This document shows positions 35,791-48,336 of a DNA stretch of 64,000 nt, piece by piece (within the stretch, counting starts at the first letter, position 1; every line of letters begins with the position of its first letter). Under the pieces are notes generated by a model. It was not told the origin of the DNA and searched no databases. It was given only the letters and a program-made list of their open reading frames with translations. A program made the translations under genes and the position numbers. Source of the DNA: Octopus vulgaris (taxonomy: Eukaryota); contig OX597819.1 in NCBI GenBank assembly GCA_951406725.2, positions 124,124,001 through 124,188,000 on the forward strand. Direction: 5' to 3'.

Positions 35791-37104
35791 TTTTTGTAAG
35801 TGCCTCAGCAAGCAGGCATAGTACTCTCCATTGCTGGTGTGGCATTTCTGAAGATACTCAATAAGCACAATGCCTTTTGCATCCCAAAACACTGAGGCCA
35901 TCACCTTTCCTGTAGATGAAACGATCTTGGCCTTCTTTGGAGCAGTCATCTTTGCTTAGAAAATGTTCATGGAAACCAGCTCGATCTGCCTTGAACAATG
36001 TCAGATTCCCCAGGGACGTGACCAGCCTGGAGCACTTTTCATTAGGTGCCAGAAAACGTGGCACCTACCAAAATACAATGCTTTTTGTTTCAATTAATTA
36101 TGGAATAGAATTTAATTAAAATAATTTTGTTACTATCAAGCTGATGCTTGAGACATAAATTAACCGTGTAATTCTGAAAGATTTTAATTTGGATCCCTTC
36201 AACAACAACTAGAGATGACCTCAAGTGGGTTAGTATAAGAGGTGGGGGGGTAGAGAGATTTGGTTGTTTGTAAGTCGAACAACTATGTAGAGGCACTCGG
36301 GTGGAGAGAGAGTTTTAATGACAGTGGAGCAATTCATTCTAATAAATTTTCGGTTATTTTCAGTACTGAGCTCAAATGGTTTAATGATTATATTATGCCA
36401 ACATTCGATTCAATGCACATTTAGATTTCAAAATAAACTTTTCTAATAAGATATTTTCGGTGACTTGAGAGAAAAAGAGAGAATGAAAAATCCCTTTTCA
36501 AGGGAGATAATTTCTGAGTATTTGCAGAGTTGTTTCCTCTTAGACTGTATAATCCATTTTCTTTAATATTATTTGCTAAAAACTACACAAACCACAAGAA
36601 CCATATTTTGTTTGTTTGTTTGTGTGCGCGTGTGTGTATGTATCGCATTTGCATAATCTATGCTTATATACAGTATATAATCTTATTTCTTTTATCTGTC
36701 TTCTGTCACCGAGCTTTTTTAAGATAGAAAGCTATGATTGCAAATCTGTGAAGATATATGAAATACACACAACATAAACATGCAAATAAATCTTATATTC
36801 TTTTCATCTTTACACAAAGCTTAAGTTTAATCCTGGTTTGTTTTCTCTTTAGCAATAAAACAGAAAAGAAACTAATACTACTCCAATACTACTAATTATA
36901 AAGTGCAACAGAACGGGCTGAACTGGCAATCTGACAAACAAAACATCTTGATGCATCGGTTATACATCAACATTGATCTCAACAAACATCAAGGCCAATA
37001 TAATGCTTCGTCTTTTCGTGGGGTGGGTGATGTAAAATAAGTACTAGTGGCACAGGTTAGGTTTAATCAACTATACCTCACCCTCAGAATTTCTGGCCAT
37101 GTGC

Positions 37105-37400
37105 CATCATCATCATCATCATCGTTTAATGTCCACTTTCCATACTAGCATGGGTTGGACGAATGACTGAGGGCTGGCGAACCAGATGGCTGCACCAGGC
37201 TCCAGTCATGATCTGGCAGAGTTTCTACAGCTGGATGCCCTTCCTAATGCCAACCACTCCAAGAGTGTAGTGGGTGCTTTTTACGTGCCACTGGCACGGG
37301 GGCCAGTCAGGCGGTACTGGCAACAACCTCGCTCGAATCTTTTTACACATTCCACTGGCACAGTAAGGCGACGCTGGTAACGATCCCGCTCGAATGGTGT
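37105..37400 (-). mobile_element. RTE 3'-end element, subfamily I
   Basis: (cat)n tail and core. Confidence 0.85.
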
Positions 37401-37833
37401 CAAATCAATATTACTAGTATCAATAACCTGTCGGCTAAGAATCATTTGTGACTGACTTAAGAATAATGTTTAATATTTTTCTTTACAAAATCTATCTAAC
37501 TTACTTTGAATCTGGGAAGTTACTCTGATTCAGTTTCTTATTGCCTTCCCTAGAAGCCATGTATTCAAACAGAGAGGAACAGCACCTGTGGTGTTCATGC
37601 ATTTCTCTTTGCATTGTATAATGTAATTGGACTGAAACTGCTACAAGAACAGAAACCACGTTGTAAAACCCAATAGGAACTTATATTCAAACAAGAACAT
37701 TTAACTTTTTTTATAATGAAGAAGCAAATAATGTGAAAAGAATCAAGCTAGTTATATTTCAAGATGTCACTTAAGCTCTTCCAGACTCTTACTGTGAAAT
37801 TTGAGCCAAGTTTTTATAATGTAAACTTATTTA

Positions 37834-38200
37834 ATCATCATCATCGTTTAACGTCCATTTTCCATGCTAGCATGGGTTGGACGGTTCGACCAGGGTCTGG
37901 GAGGCCAGGACACTGCACCAGGCTCCAGTCTGATCTGGCAGTGTTTCTACAGCTGGATGCCCTTCCTAACGCCAACCACTCTGTGAGTGTAGTGGGTGAT
38001 TTTTACATGCCAGGGGTGGCTGACACCGGCCACGATCGGTTGGTGCTTTTTACATGCCACCAGCACAGAAGCCAGTCAGGGCGGCGCTGGCAACGACCAC
38101 ATTTGGATGGAACTTTTTACGTGCTAACGGCACTGGTATCACAACTACAATTTCCATTGATTTTTTGATCGATTTCGATTTCACTTGCCTCAACAGGTCT
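37834..38200 (-). mobile_element. RTE 3'-end element, subfamily II
   Basis: (cat)n tail, core, array units, reaching ctcaacaggtct at the ORF end. Confidence 0.85.
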
Positions 38201-38307
38201 TATAAACTGAATTCAAAAACAAAATATATTCATAGTTAACAATGTTGTTCTACCCAACCAGTGAATATAATAGGCAAAATCTTAGTAACCTTCAAGACCA
38301 TTATCAG

Positions 38308-38570
38308 TCATCATCATCATCACCATTCAACGTCCATTGTCCATGCTGGCATGGGCTGGACAGTTTGATTGGGCTGGAAGGCTGCGCCAGGATCCAGTCT
38401 GATTGGCATGGTTTTCTATGGCTGGACGCCCTTCCTAACGCCAACCACTCTGAGAGAATAATGGGGGGTGTTACATGCTACCGGCATTTGCGTGGCACCG
38501 GTGACTGCCATTTTGCCTTCTTCTCATAATGCCTAAGGTCTTATTCATTGGCTCCATGACGCCCAACACT
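38308..38570 (-). mobile_element. Divergent RTE 3'-end element
   Basis: (cat)n tail, ccatgctggcatggg, ggacgcccttcctaacgccaaccactc. Confidence 0.7.
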
Positions 38571-38710
38571 TGAAGAGACCTTGGCCACTTTGCTACATGG
38601 GAAAATTAAGTAAAGAAGAAATTATTATGATCATGGGTCTGCTTATTAAGGGCTGACACAAGGTTTTAAACATTTTCACACACACATAAACGAGTGTGTG
38701 TGTGTTTTAA

Positions 38711-39213
38711 GGTGTGATTGTATGGTTAAGAAGCTTGCTTCGAAATCATGTGGACTTGGGTTCAGTCCCACTGTGTGATACCATGGGCAGATGTCTTAGT
38801 TGTATCTCTGGGCCAAAGCATTGTGAATGGACTTGCCAGAGAGAAACTCTAAGAAGCACATTGTGTGTGTGTGTTTGTTTGTTTATGTTTGTCTTCCCAC
38901 CACTTAATCAGTTTGTTTACATCCCTATAACATAACACTTCGGCAAAAGAGACTGATATAATAAGAACAAAACTATAAAAAAAAAAAAAATAAGTAAAGG
39001 GGAGTCAGTTTGTTTCACCAGGCCTTTTCATGCCAGTGCCCCAGCATGACCACAACCAAAATGACTGAAACAAGTAAAAAGATAAAAGATAGGAAATGAG
39101 TTTTCTTTTACTTGGTTCAGTCATCCTGATTGTGGCCACGCTGGTGCACTGCCTTAAAGGATTTTATATTGAGGAAATCGACCCCAGGACTTATTCCTTG
39201 CAAACCTAGTACT
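38711..39213. mobile_element. Degenerate SINE family B (+, 38711-39090) followed by an inverted tail fragment (-, 39101-39213)
   Basis: ggttcagtcccactg and atgactgaaacaagtaaaagataaaag, then the reverse-complement tail. Confidence 0.7.
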
Positions 39214-39744
39214 GCGATAACACCGCCCTGTTGCTCCAAGCCTAAGTATTACTATCAAAGTTAGCAGAATTATCTCCCTTCTTCCGTAAGTTTTTTTTGT
39301 GTGGGGCAAAATGAGTTATTTCTGATTTCTTGCTACTTTTACTATAGTTTGTGCTGTAGATAGCCTATGGCTTACGAAAGCCTTGTGAGTGGTTTTGGTA
39401 GACAGAAACTGAAAGAAGCCTGTCCTGTGGAGTGAGGGATACCCCTGTCCTTGATATCATGTGATGATTGTAAACAAGCATCAGTATTATGAAAAACATG
39501 TCTCACCCTGTCTGTTACATTGCATAGAAACAGGTGAAGGTTGGCAACAGATAAAGGCATCTGCTGTTGAAAATCTACAGCAAGCAACGACATTCTCAAA
39601 TGTATTATACAAGTTTGAATATTTGCTTATTTTTGCAGTTGAGGTTTTTTCAGCTTAACATAGTATGGCAGATTGGAGGAGCAGGTGGAGAAACAAGTAG
39701 GAAATGTTTTCTACTCTAGACACAAGGCTCGAAATTTTGTGGGG

Positions 39745-40230
39745 CCAGTCGATTAGATCGACTGGTATTTAATTTATTGACCCCGAAAAGATGAAAGATA
39801 ATTTGAACTCAGAACATAGCGGCAGACGAAATACCTATTTCTTTACTACCCACAAGGGGCTAAACACAGAGAAGACAAACAAGGACAGACAAACGGATTA
39901 AGTTGACGGATTACATCAACCCCAGTGCGTAACTGGTACTTAATTTATCGACCCCGAAAGGATGAAAGGCAGAGTCGACCTCAGCGGAATTTGAATTCAG
40001 AACATAAAGACAGATGAAATACCTATTTCTTTACTATCCACAAGGGGATAAACAAACAGATTAAGTCGATTATATCGAACCCAGTGCATAACTGGTACTT
40101 ATTTAATCGACCCCGAAAGGATGAAAGGCAAAGTCGACCTCGGCAGAATTTAAACTCAGAACGTAACGGCAGGCGAAATACCACTAAGCATTTCTCCCGG
40201 CATGCTAACAATTCGGCCAGCTCACCACCT
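39745..40230 (-). mobile_element. SINE family A, one head plus about 2.5 tandem bodies
   Basis: Body junction gaaatacctatttc repeated near 39828 and 40016. Confidence 0.8.
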
Positions 40231-40901
40231 TAGAAACAAGTAGATAATATACATGCAATGTCCTGTATTATTAATCAAGCAGGTTTTCATCTCTAAATTT
40301 GTCCTGGTTCTAATCAATGATATTTTTCAATAAACCACACCATTCCTTATTTTTTCTTTATCAAACAAAAATAATTGGTAAGAGAAAAAAATTTGTACAA
40401 TACATCAAACCCATAGAAAGTAAGATAATGAGGTTAATATTTGATGAAGCGAGGTGAAATGAGAGCCGATAAGGTGACTGAGGCCGGACACTAGAACCGA
40501 TGATATCTTAGGTACTTCAATCATCAGACTTAACTCACCTCAGGGCAACCTGACTTTTTATCTTCCCATATGACAATAAATGTACCAAAGTTTTTACAAA
40601 ATAATAATTGCTGTAATTAAAATGGTATAATAAAAATGCATTTTATAATTAAAATGTATACATCATTTACATATCTTCCAGTGAAAGAAACTAAAGCTAA
40701 GAAATGAGTTGCTATCCACAAAACTTTTACATACTCCAGCTTATATAGTCAACAGAATTTTCACTGATTCAATCCCATCTCAAGAGATAGTTTTCTTATT
40801 TGTTTATTTACAATTTCCAGTATTGGTTGGATAGCTCTGTCAATTTAAACATTTACAAGAATTATTGGAATACTATTTTTTTTAGGACAGTAACACTTTA
40901 A

Positions 40902-41122
40902 CCTTTGCGTTAGCAACCTGGCTGAAATCGGCTCTGGCTCTGTTGTACCAATGTTTTGTTTTCTTAAGGTTTTAATTAAAATCTCCCACCAAACCTTAGT
41001 CACAATTTATGTTCCTAACACTATCTGAATGATAACTAAGTTATTTTACTAAATTCTTTGTTATATTTAAAGTAAATGAAAGAAACACAGAACATCTCAA
41101 AATAAATACAGTAACGAAAGGG
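40902..41122 (-). mobile_element. MITE P1
   Basis: TTAA TSDs; homologous to 12424-12643. Confidence 0.85.
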
Positions 41123-41374
41123 TTAATGAGGGTAAGAAGATCAACTGATACAAAGAGGATGTTATGTGTACTTACAGAAATTACTGTTAGCAAAAGCCTT
41201 CAACCCTGAACGCAGGGCCAGAAGTTTAGGCTCAGCCACTGCTCTAACAGTTTTAAATTTTGCAGGCCAATGACTTACAACTGTTTACAAATGAGTGCTC
41301 TGCAATAGCACCTCACTAAAATCTATTCTCAACATTCATGGAAAATGCCCTGGATCATAAGATTTCAACCTTAC

Positions 41375-41422
41375 CCGAAAAATCTTCATAAATATTGACT
41401 TACCTGAAAAAGAAAAAAAAAG
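41375..41422 (-). other. Juxtaposed 3'/5' splice site (candidate recursive splice site or RS-exon)
   Basis: Minus strand reads tttttttttctttttcag|GTAAGT (junction 41404/41403), with a second donor CGG|GTAAGG 29 nt downstream. Confidence 0.45.
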
Positions 41423-41732
41423 TATTTAGTAGGAAAATAAAGAGTAAATAACAATATAGTAGAAATTGAATCCATCTTATAAAAAAAGAAAAGGACAATG
41501 ATATTATAAAGTACAAAACCATTAGGTAAAATTCTAATCAAACTTTTTTCACATTGTATTTATTTTTTCTCCCTCCCTCTATAGTAAAACTAGCATCAAT
41601 TCTAAACCCCTACAAGGTACTCATGTATTCTTTTTCTCTCAAAAATATTCATTTAAAAATATGTTCTTTTTATTTAGTCTCGATTTTAACTAAATAAGTG
41701 TGAACCTATATCTAATTTCTCTTTTTTTGAGA

Positions 41733-42050
41733 GAGGAATTACAACTGTGTTTCGTGGTCTGCTACCACAACAGCTCCTTTACAGGATCCAGTTAGCTCAA
41801 GACATCATCAGGAAGAACCACGTCCGGTTTCGGCCCCTACTCCTCTACCGTTTTGACGTGGTGGGGGCCCCACTTTTGGAGGTGTCTTCAGCTCTGGTGT
41901 TGGGTGCATGTCTTCTTTCTTCTGTTCCCTGGCCTCTTCGATGTATCATCAGCGAGTGTCAGCCGGTGACTGACTGACTGACTTGTCAAATTTTTTCCCT
42001 TTAAATACCTGCCACTAGGCTCCAGCAGGCAGCCCCAGCAAGTTGTCCAC
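41733..42050. repeat. Unclassified ~310-bp interspersed repeat, copy 1
   Basis: Highly similar to 52841-53150. Confidence 0.8.
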
Positions 42051-42852
42051 TCTTGCAGAGCCCAGGTCAGTTCTGATTGACAACAAAATACAGCCAATGG
42101 ATCCATACTTCCATTAAGATAGCAACAACATAACTTCCAACATACAGTGATGAATTGTATGAGGTATAGTGTGATAGTTTTGGCATACAGGACTCTCTCT
42201 CCATCTCCATCACATGGTCTAAACTATCTCTATAGGCTTGCATTGATATATCGGGTTTGAAGTCATTTCTGTTTTGTTTTATTATGAGGTTGGCTATGCT
42301 AGTATGTAACCAAGTTATATTTTTTTAGATTGCTTTGTGGGATATTTGTGGGGTTTTATTTAGTTTTTTTTTTTTGTTTGTAATTAATTATTTTGTTGAA
42401 TCATTGTCTTTGACGGTGACCGTAGGGTTGGTTAATTCTGAAAACTTTGATTCTGTTTTCTTTGCAGAACTCATTGTATTGAGCTTTTATTAAAGTTTGT
42501 AAAAGTGTTTTTACTTTCTTCACTGATATATAACTGTGATGCAATAATTGGCAGATGATACGATGGAAGCTGTGGAATTGTTTGCTAAGTGATGGTGATA
42601 GTTAGGTGTGTGGAACAGAAGATAATGTTCAAGAAAAAGTTGTAGTTAATTTGGTAACATATCTGTGTATCAATGAAAGCAGGTGTAAACTGCTTAGGAC
42701 CACAAAGGATGTGTAATTGCAATGACATAAAAATCACCCTTTCTTGTTATTTGAAAGCACCAAAGTCTCCTATCAAAAATAGCGTTTGTGAACTATTAAC
42801 TAACTATAGCTGTGATGTGGGAGGGTTGGCAAGATCGGTGGAATTAAATATA

Positions 42853-43272
42853 GGCGGCAAGCTGAAAAAAACGTTAGCACATAGGGTGAAATGCATAACC
42901 GTATTTCGTCTGCCGCTACATTCTGAGTTCAAATTTCACCAAGGTCGACTTTGCCTTTCATCCTTTCGGGGTCGATAAATTAAGTACTAGTTACGCGCAG
43001 GGGTCGATATAATCGACTTAATCCGTTTGTCTGTCCTTGTTTGTCCTCTATGTGTTTACCCCTTGTGGGTAGTAAAGAAATAGGTATTTCGTCTGCTGTT
43101 ACAATCTGAGTTCAAATTCTGCCGAGGTCGACTTTACCTTTCATCCTTTCGGGGTCGATAAATTAAGTACCAGTTACGCACTGGGGTTGATATAATCGAC
43201 TTAATCCCTTTGTCTGTCCTTGTTTGTCCTCTCTGTGTGTAGCCCCTTGTGGGTAGTAAAGAAATAGGTATT
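42853..43272 (+). mobile_element. SINE family A, one head plus two tandem ~183-bp bodies
   Basis: Units 42901-43083 and 43084-43267, followed by gtatt. Confidence 0.85.
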
Positions 43273-43403
43273 AAATATATGTTTATTAATATGGCGGTGC
43301 CCCAGCCTTAGGGCTGAAATACATAATAGAATATCATACATCATGTTGCTAGTTTTTATTTAGAAGCCTGTGTTTCTAGAGTAGCATTGCTCCCTCTTAG
43401 TTT

Positions 43404-43915
43404 CATCATCATTTAATGTCTATTTTCCATGCTAGCATGGGTTGGACGGTTCGACCAGGGTCTGGGAAGCCAGGAGGCTGCACCAGGCTCCAGTTTTATC
43501 TGACAATGTTTCTACAGCTAGATGCCCTTCCAAACGCCAACCACTCCGAGAGTGTTGTGGGTGCTTTTTACGTGCCACTGTCACAGGTACCAGGGTAGGC
43601 TGGCATCAGCCACGATCGGTTGGTGCTTTTTATGTGCCACCGGCACAGAAGCCAGTCAAGGCAACATTGGTGTCAGCCATGTTCGGATGGTGCTTTTTAC
43701 GTGCCACCAGCACAGGTGCCAGGGGAGGCTGGCATCGGCCATGATCGGTTGGTGCTTTTTATGTGCCACCGGCACAGAAGTCAGTCAAGGTGGCGCTGGC
43801 ATCAGCCACGTCCGGATGGTGCTTTTTACGTGCCACCGGCACAGGTGCCAGGGGAGGCTGGCAACAGCCACGATCGGTTGGTGCTTTTTACGTGTCACTG
43901 GCACAGGTATCACAA
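43404..43915 (-). mobile_element. RTE 3'-end element with a 6-unit alternating array
   Basis: Units start near 43560, 43622, 43689, 43751, 43818 and 43880. Confidence 0.88.
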
Positions 43916-44299
43916 AACACAAACTTGTTCAACAAAAACAAAACAATGTTTGATCAATCTCATATAATAGAAATAAATAACTCAAATCCAGAAATATATC
44001 GATCTTGATAATTAATTAATTACTATTCCTTCATTATATATCAGTCAGCTTTTAATTGAATCCAAGACATTTGTTTTGATTTTGTAATTTTAGTTTTTGA
44101 AGAGAATTCTGAAAGATAAAGAAAGAAACGGACAGAGACTGTAAGTCATGTGACTTCAATTCTCGGAACACTCGTTAAATATTTTGGTTAATTCAGATTT
44201 ACCAGGGAAAAAAAATGAGACTTTTTGAAGTTACAAATGTTATTTGTGACACTGAATGCAACCTGTTTGTGTGTTTTATAAAAATCACTTCCAGTGTCT

Positions 44300-44830
44300 A
44301 ACGATGATTATAATTTAAAATGGTGGATGTTCAGTGTTACGGTATACGGAGTTTCCTGAATTACTGCTACATCAATGTCACGAGTGGAGATAAAATTTTT
44401 CAGTTCCATAAAGGAAGCGCTTAGTGTCATTAGTACTGTATTACAGAATCTAGTATCAAGTCTACAGAGCTTATTGTTGTGTGTTAACCTATTATTTCTT
44501 AAATGCATTCTGTACAGCCATGTAACATTGGGAAGGGAAATAATAGTGCTTCCTGTTTTTATTGTTGTCAGAGTTAGTTTCCTGTAGTCCTGTGTTTTCT
44601 GGATCATTTGTATATGTTGTTGTTTGGTGGGGTTTTTGTTAGTATACTGAAGACTCTGTAAGACACATTTATAGGATTTTTAGAGCCTATTTCATGCGGA
44701 GTGGTAACTTCTGTCACTCCCTGACAACATTTACATTTTCTGCAAGAAATCTTTCTGTAAGTCAAACATTTATTGTTCAACCAGCATTTTAGCCATGGTC
44801 ATCTTGCCTTCTTATTTCTTGTATATCCAT
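44300..44830 (-). mobile_element. LINE fragment (APE endonuclease start, possible upstream Cys knuckle)
   Basis: ELKNFISTRDIDVAVIQET matches the APE motif (E.k.fl....Di..iQET). Confidence 0.5.
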
Positions 44831-45369
44831 ATACAGTATTAGTTTATCCTGTATATTTAACCATTTTTTAGTATTTGAGGGAGATATGGCTACGAATTCC
44901 TTGCAAGTTAGGCAACAATGCAGAGGTAAAAATGCTGTCAAATCATCTAAGGATTTAATTTGAAGTGAAGTGTAATAGTTTTAAACTTTTGAGTTTATCC
45001 AACATAGAAAAATTATACAGAAGCAAATTCTATTTTCTCATTGATAATGAGAAAAAGGGCAAAACATTTAAGAACCACTACTGTAAATCACACGCTTAAA
45101 ATTAAACAATGTAATTGAAATACAATGTAGACAGGTTGATATGCAATGAAGAGATGAGAATCCTAATATTTCAATTGTAGCTCTGAACCCAAGGAAAACA
45201 ATATTTTCTCTCCAACCTCTCCAGTAAACAGGTTTTCTCAAATAGCAGCCAAATTTGGTAGCTCCCATGGAAGACTACTTTAAACTGTTGTAAACTTAGA
45301 CATTATACCAAGTTCAAAACAAAATATCACAAATAGTTGTAGTAAAACAATTTCCTGACAACTACTGCA

Positions 45370-45767
45370 GGAGGCGCAATGGCCCAGTGGTTAGGGCAGC
45401 GAACTCGCGGTCGGAGGATCACGGTTTCGATTCCCAGACCGGGCGTTGCATGTGTTTATTGAGCAAAAACGCCTAAAGCCCCACGAGGCTCCGGCAGGGG
45501 GTGGTGGCGCTCCCTGTTGTACTCTTTCGCTCCAACTTTCTCTCACTCTTTCTTTTTGTTTCTTGTCCCCAACTTCCTACGCAACCGCTGAGCCTGGATG
45601 CGCATTCATCCATCCGTCGATGCTCTCAGTGTCGGGGGTTGACCTGCTTTCTCTTCTGCGGGTCTTACGAATAGCAAAGGACCACATTTCGGACTTCCAC
45701 TAGAAGCGTGATCTTGCAAGCTCTGGGACAAAAGACCGCTTCGCTCAACAAACAAACAAACAAACAG
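45370..45767 (+). mobile_element. SINE family C with (CAAA)n tail
   Basis: A-box tggcccagtggttag and B-box ggtttcgattccc. Confidence 0.8.
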
Positions 45768-46232
45768 CTACTGCAACCCATGGCAGCATGTAAAAACAGA
45801 TATCAAAGGATGACAATAATTTCAAATAATATTCAATTTTATATATATGTGGCTATTTGCATGAAAATTTTCAAATCCTGAGACCTAAAACGTCAAATTT
45901 ATTTCACAAAACTGAATGCATAACTTTCATCACTATTATTAGAAGTATGACATATCAATGGTTTCACCTTCCTCACTTGGTGTGAAAAAATGTTCAAATT
46001 AGCAATTATTAAAAAAATAAAGCAAAAATATCATCTGAAATAATATTCCAGCTTTTGAGAAATGAGACTTTAACAGAAATAGTGTATGAAGTGGTTACTG
46101 GACATAGATTTAACAAATTTGATATAAAATTGGTACAAGGGCACATATTTTGAGGTGGACAAATTAAATTGACTCTAGTACTTGACTGGGACTTTATTTC
46201 ATGGACCTTAGAAGGATGAAAGGTAAAGTAAA

Positions 46233-46896
46233 CATCATCATCATCGTTTAACGTCAGTTTTCCATGCTAGCATGGGTTGGACGGTTCGACCGGGGTCTGG
46301 GAAGCCAGGAGGTTGCACCAGTCTCCAGTCTGATCTGGCAGTGTTTCTACAGCTGAATGCCCTTCCTAATGACAACCACTCCGTGAGTGCAGTGGGTGCT
46401 TTTTACGTGCCACTGGTACAGGTGCCAGGGGAGGCTGGCAACGGCCATGATCGGTTGGTGCTTTTTACGTGCCACCGGCACGGAAGCCGGTCAAGGCAGC
46501 GCTGGTATTGAGCATGTACAGATGGTGCTTTTTACATGCAACCGGCAAGGAAGCCAGTCAAGGTGGCGCTGACATCAGCCACATACGGATGGTGCTTTTT
46601 TAGGTGCCAGGGGAGGCTGGCAATGGCCACAATTGGTTGGTGCTTTTTACATGCCACCGGCACAGAAGCCAGTCAGGGCGGCACTGGCATCGGCCATGTA
46701 CAGATGGTGCTTTTTACCTGCCACCGGCATGGGTGCCAGGGGAGGCTGGCAACGGCCACGTACAGAGGGTGCTTTTTACCTTCCACCGGCACAGGTGCCA
46801 TGGGAGGCTGGCAATGGCCACAATCAGTTGGTGCTTTTTACGTGCCACCGGCATGGAAGCCAGTCAAGGCGGTGCTGGCATTGGCCACGTACGGAT
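46233..46896 (-). mobile_element. RTE 3'-end element with an 8-unit array
   Basis: Units near 46394, 46457, 46524, 46591, 46639, 46706, 46768 and 46830. Confidence 0.88.
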
Positions 46897-47267
46897 CAGA
46901 ACATAAAGAGTTAAAGCAAAATATCAATAAGTCTAATAATTAACCATCACCTTACCATAAGTTGAATATGGTGAGTTTCTAATGTAAAATTAAAGTATAG
47001 CAACTTCTGAGCTTCATAGTGACTTAAGTAACATTAGTTTATATTAGTACTACTATGTGACGCTTCTGGATAAAATCATGACCTCTTACTATCCATGATC
47101 CAGGATGAATCAATGTCAAGGGAAGAAATTCAACAGAGGGCAGCAATATCGAAACCCCCCCCCTCTCACCAAAAGCCAGACCCAGAGAATTGGCCAATTA
47201 AAAGGTAATTACAATGGCAGTGCCCCAGCATGATAACAGCCTCATGGCTAAAACATATAAAAGAATA

Positions 47268-47269
<2 letters not shown>

Positions 47270-47329
<60 letters not shown>

Positions 47330-47494
47330 CATACATGTATATATATGCATACATATATATATATACATATATATACATACATACATGTATATATATGCAT
47401 ACATATATATATATACATATATATATACATACATATATGTATATACATACATATATATATACATACATATATGTACATACATATATATATATAC

Positions 47495-47533
<39 letters not shown>

Positions 47534-47549
47534 CATATACATACATACA

Positions 47550-47585
<36 letters not shown>

Positions 47586-47793
47586 CATACATACATACAT
47601 ACATATATATACATACATACATATATATACATACATACATATACATACATACATATATATACATACATACATACATACATATACATACATACATATATAT
47701 ACATACATACATATATATACATACATACATATATATACATACATACATATATATACATACATACATATACATACATACATACATATATATATA

Positions 47794-47829
<36 letters not shown>

Positions 47830-48100
47830 CATACATACATATATATACATACATACATATACATACATACATACATATATATACATACATACACATACAT
47901 ACATATACATACATACATATACATACATACATATACATACATACACATACATACATATACATACATACATATACATACATATATATACATACACATATAT
48001 ACATACACACATATACATACATACACATATACATACATACACATATACACATACATACATACATACATACACATACATACATATACATACATACATATAC

Positions 48101-48173
<73 letters not shown>

Positions 48174-48298
48174 CATACACATATATATACACACATATAT
48201 ATACACACATATATATACACACATATATATACACACATATATATACACACATATATATACACACATATATATACACACATATATATACACATATATAT

Positions 48299-48332
<34 letters not shown>
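47270..48332. repeat. ~1.06-kb (TA)/(TACA)/(CA) microsatellite
   Basis: Direct inspection; source of six spurious ORFs. Confidence 0.95.

Positions 48333-48336
<4 letters not shown>

Larger units (their letters stand above)
34868..36068 (-). mobile_element. mariner transposase remnant with 3' TIR, split by a SINE
   Basis: VPRFL, GKVMASVFWDAKGIVLIEYL (35800-36068); DLAPSD.YHLFPSMK..NDDDVISAV..GDYV (34930-35145); TIR-like gggtcagctgaaaagttcat, also seen near 2440-2470. Confidence 0.8.

Noticed and set aside
42130-42720. Degenerate minus-strand coding-like stretch (…YNEFCKENRIKVFRINQPYG)
   Set aside because: Might be a TE remnant but no diagnostic motif lets me name it.
45370-45445. tRNA gene (also the heads at 18143, 28013 and 55776)
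   Set aside because: No complete cloverleaf; each continues into a repeat body, so these are SINE heads.
46394-46896. CRISPR-like array (palindromic ~25-nt repeats with ~40-nt spacers; also at 10.5, 20.1 and 43.6 kb)
   Set aside because: Spacers recur as two or three types rather than being unique, there are no cas genes, and the array is part of a eukaryotic RTE 3' UTR.
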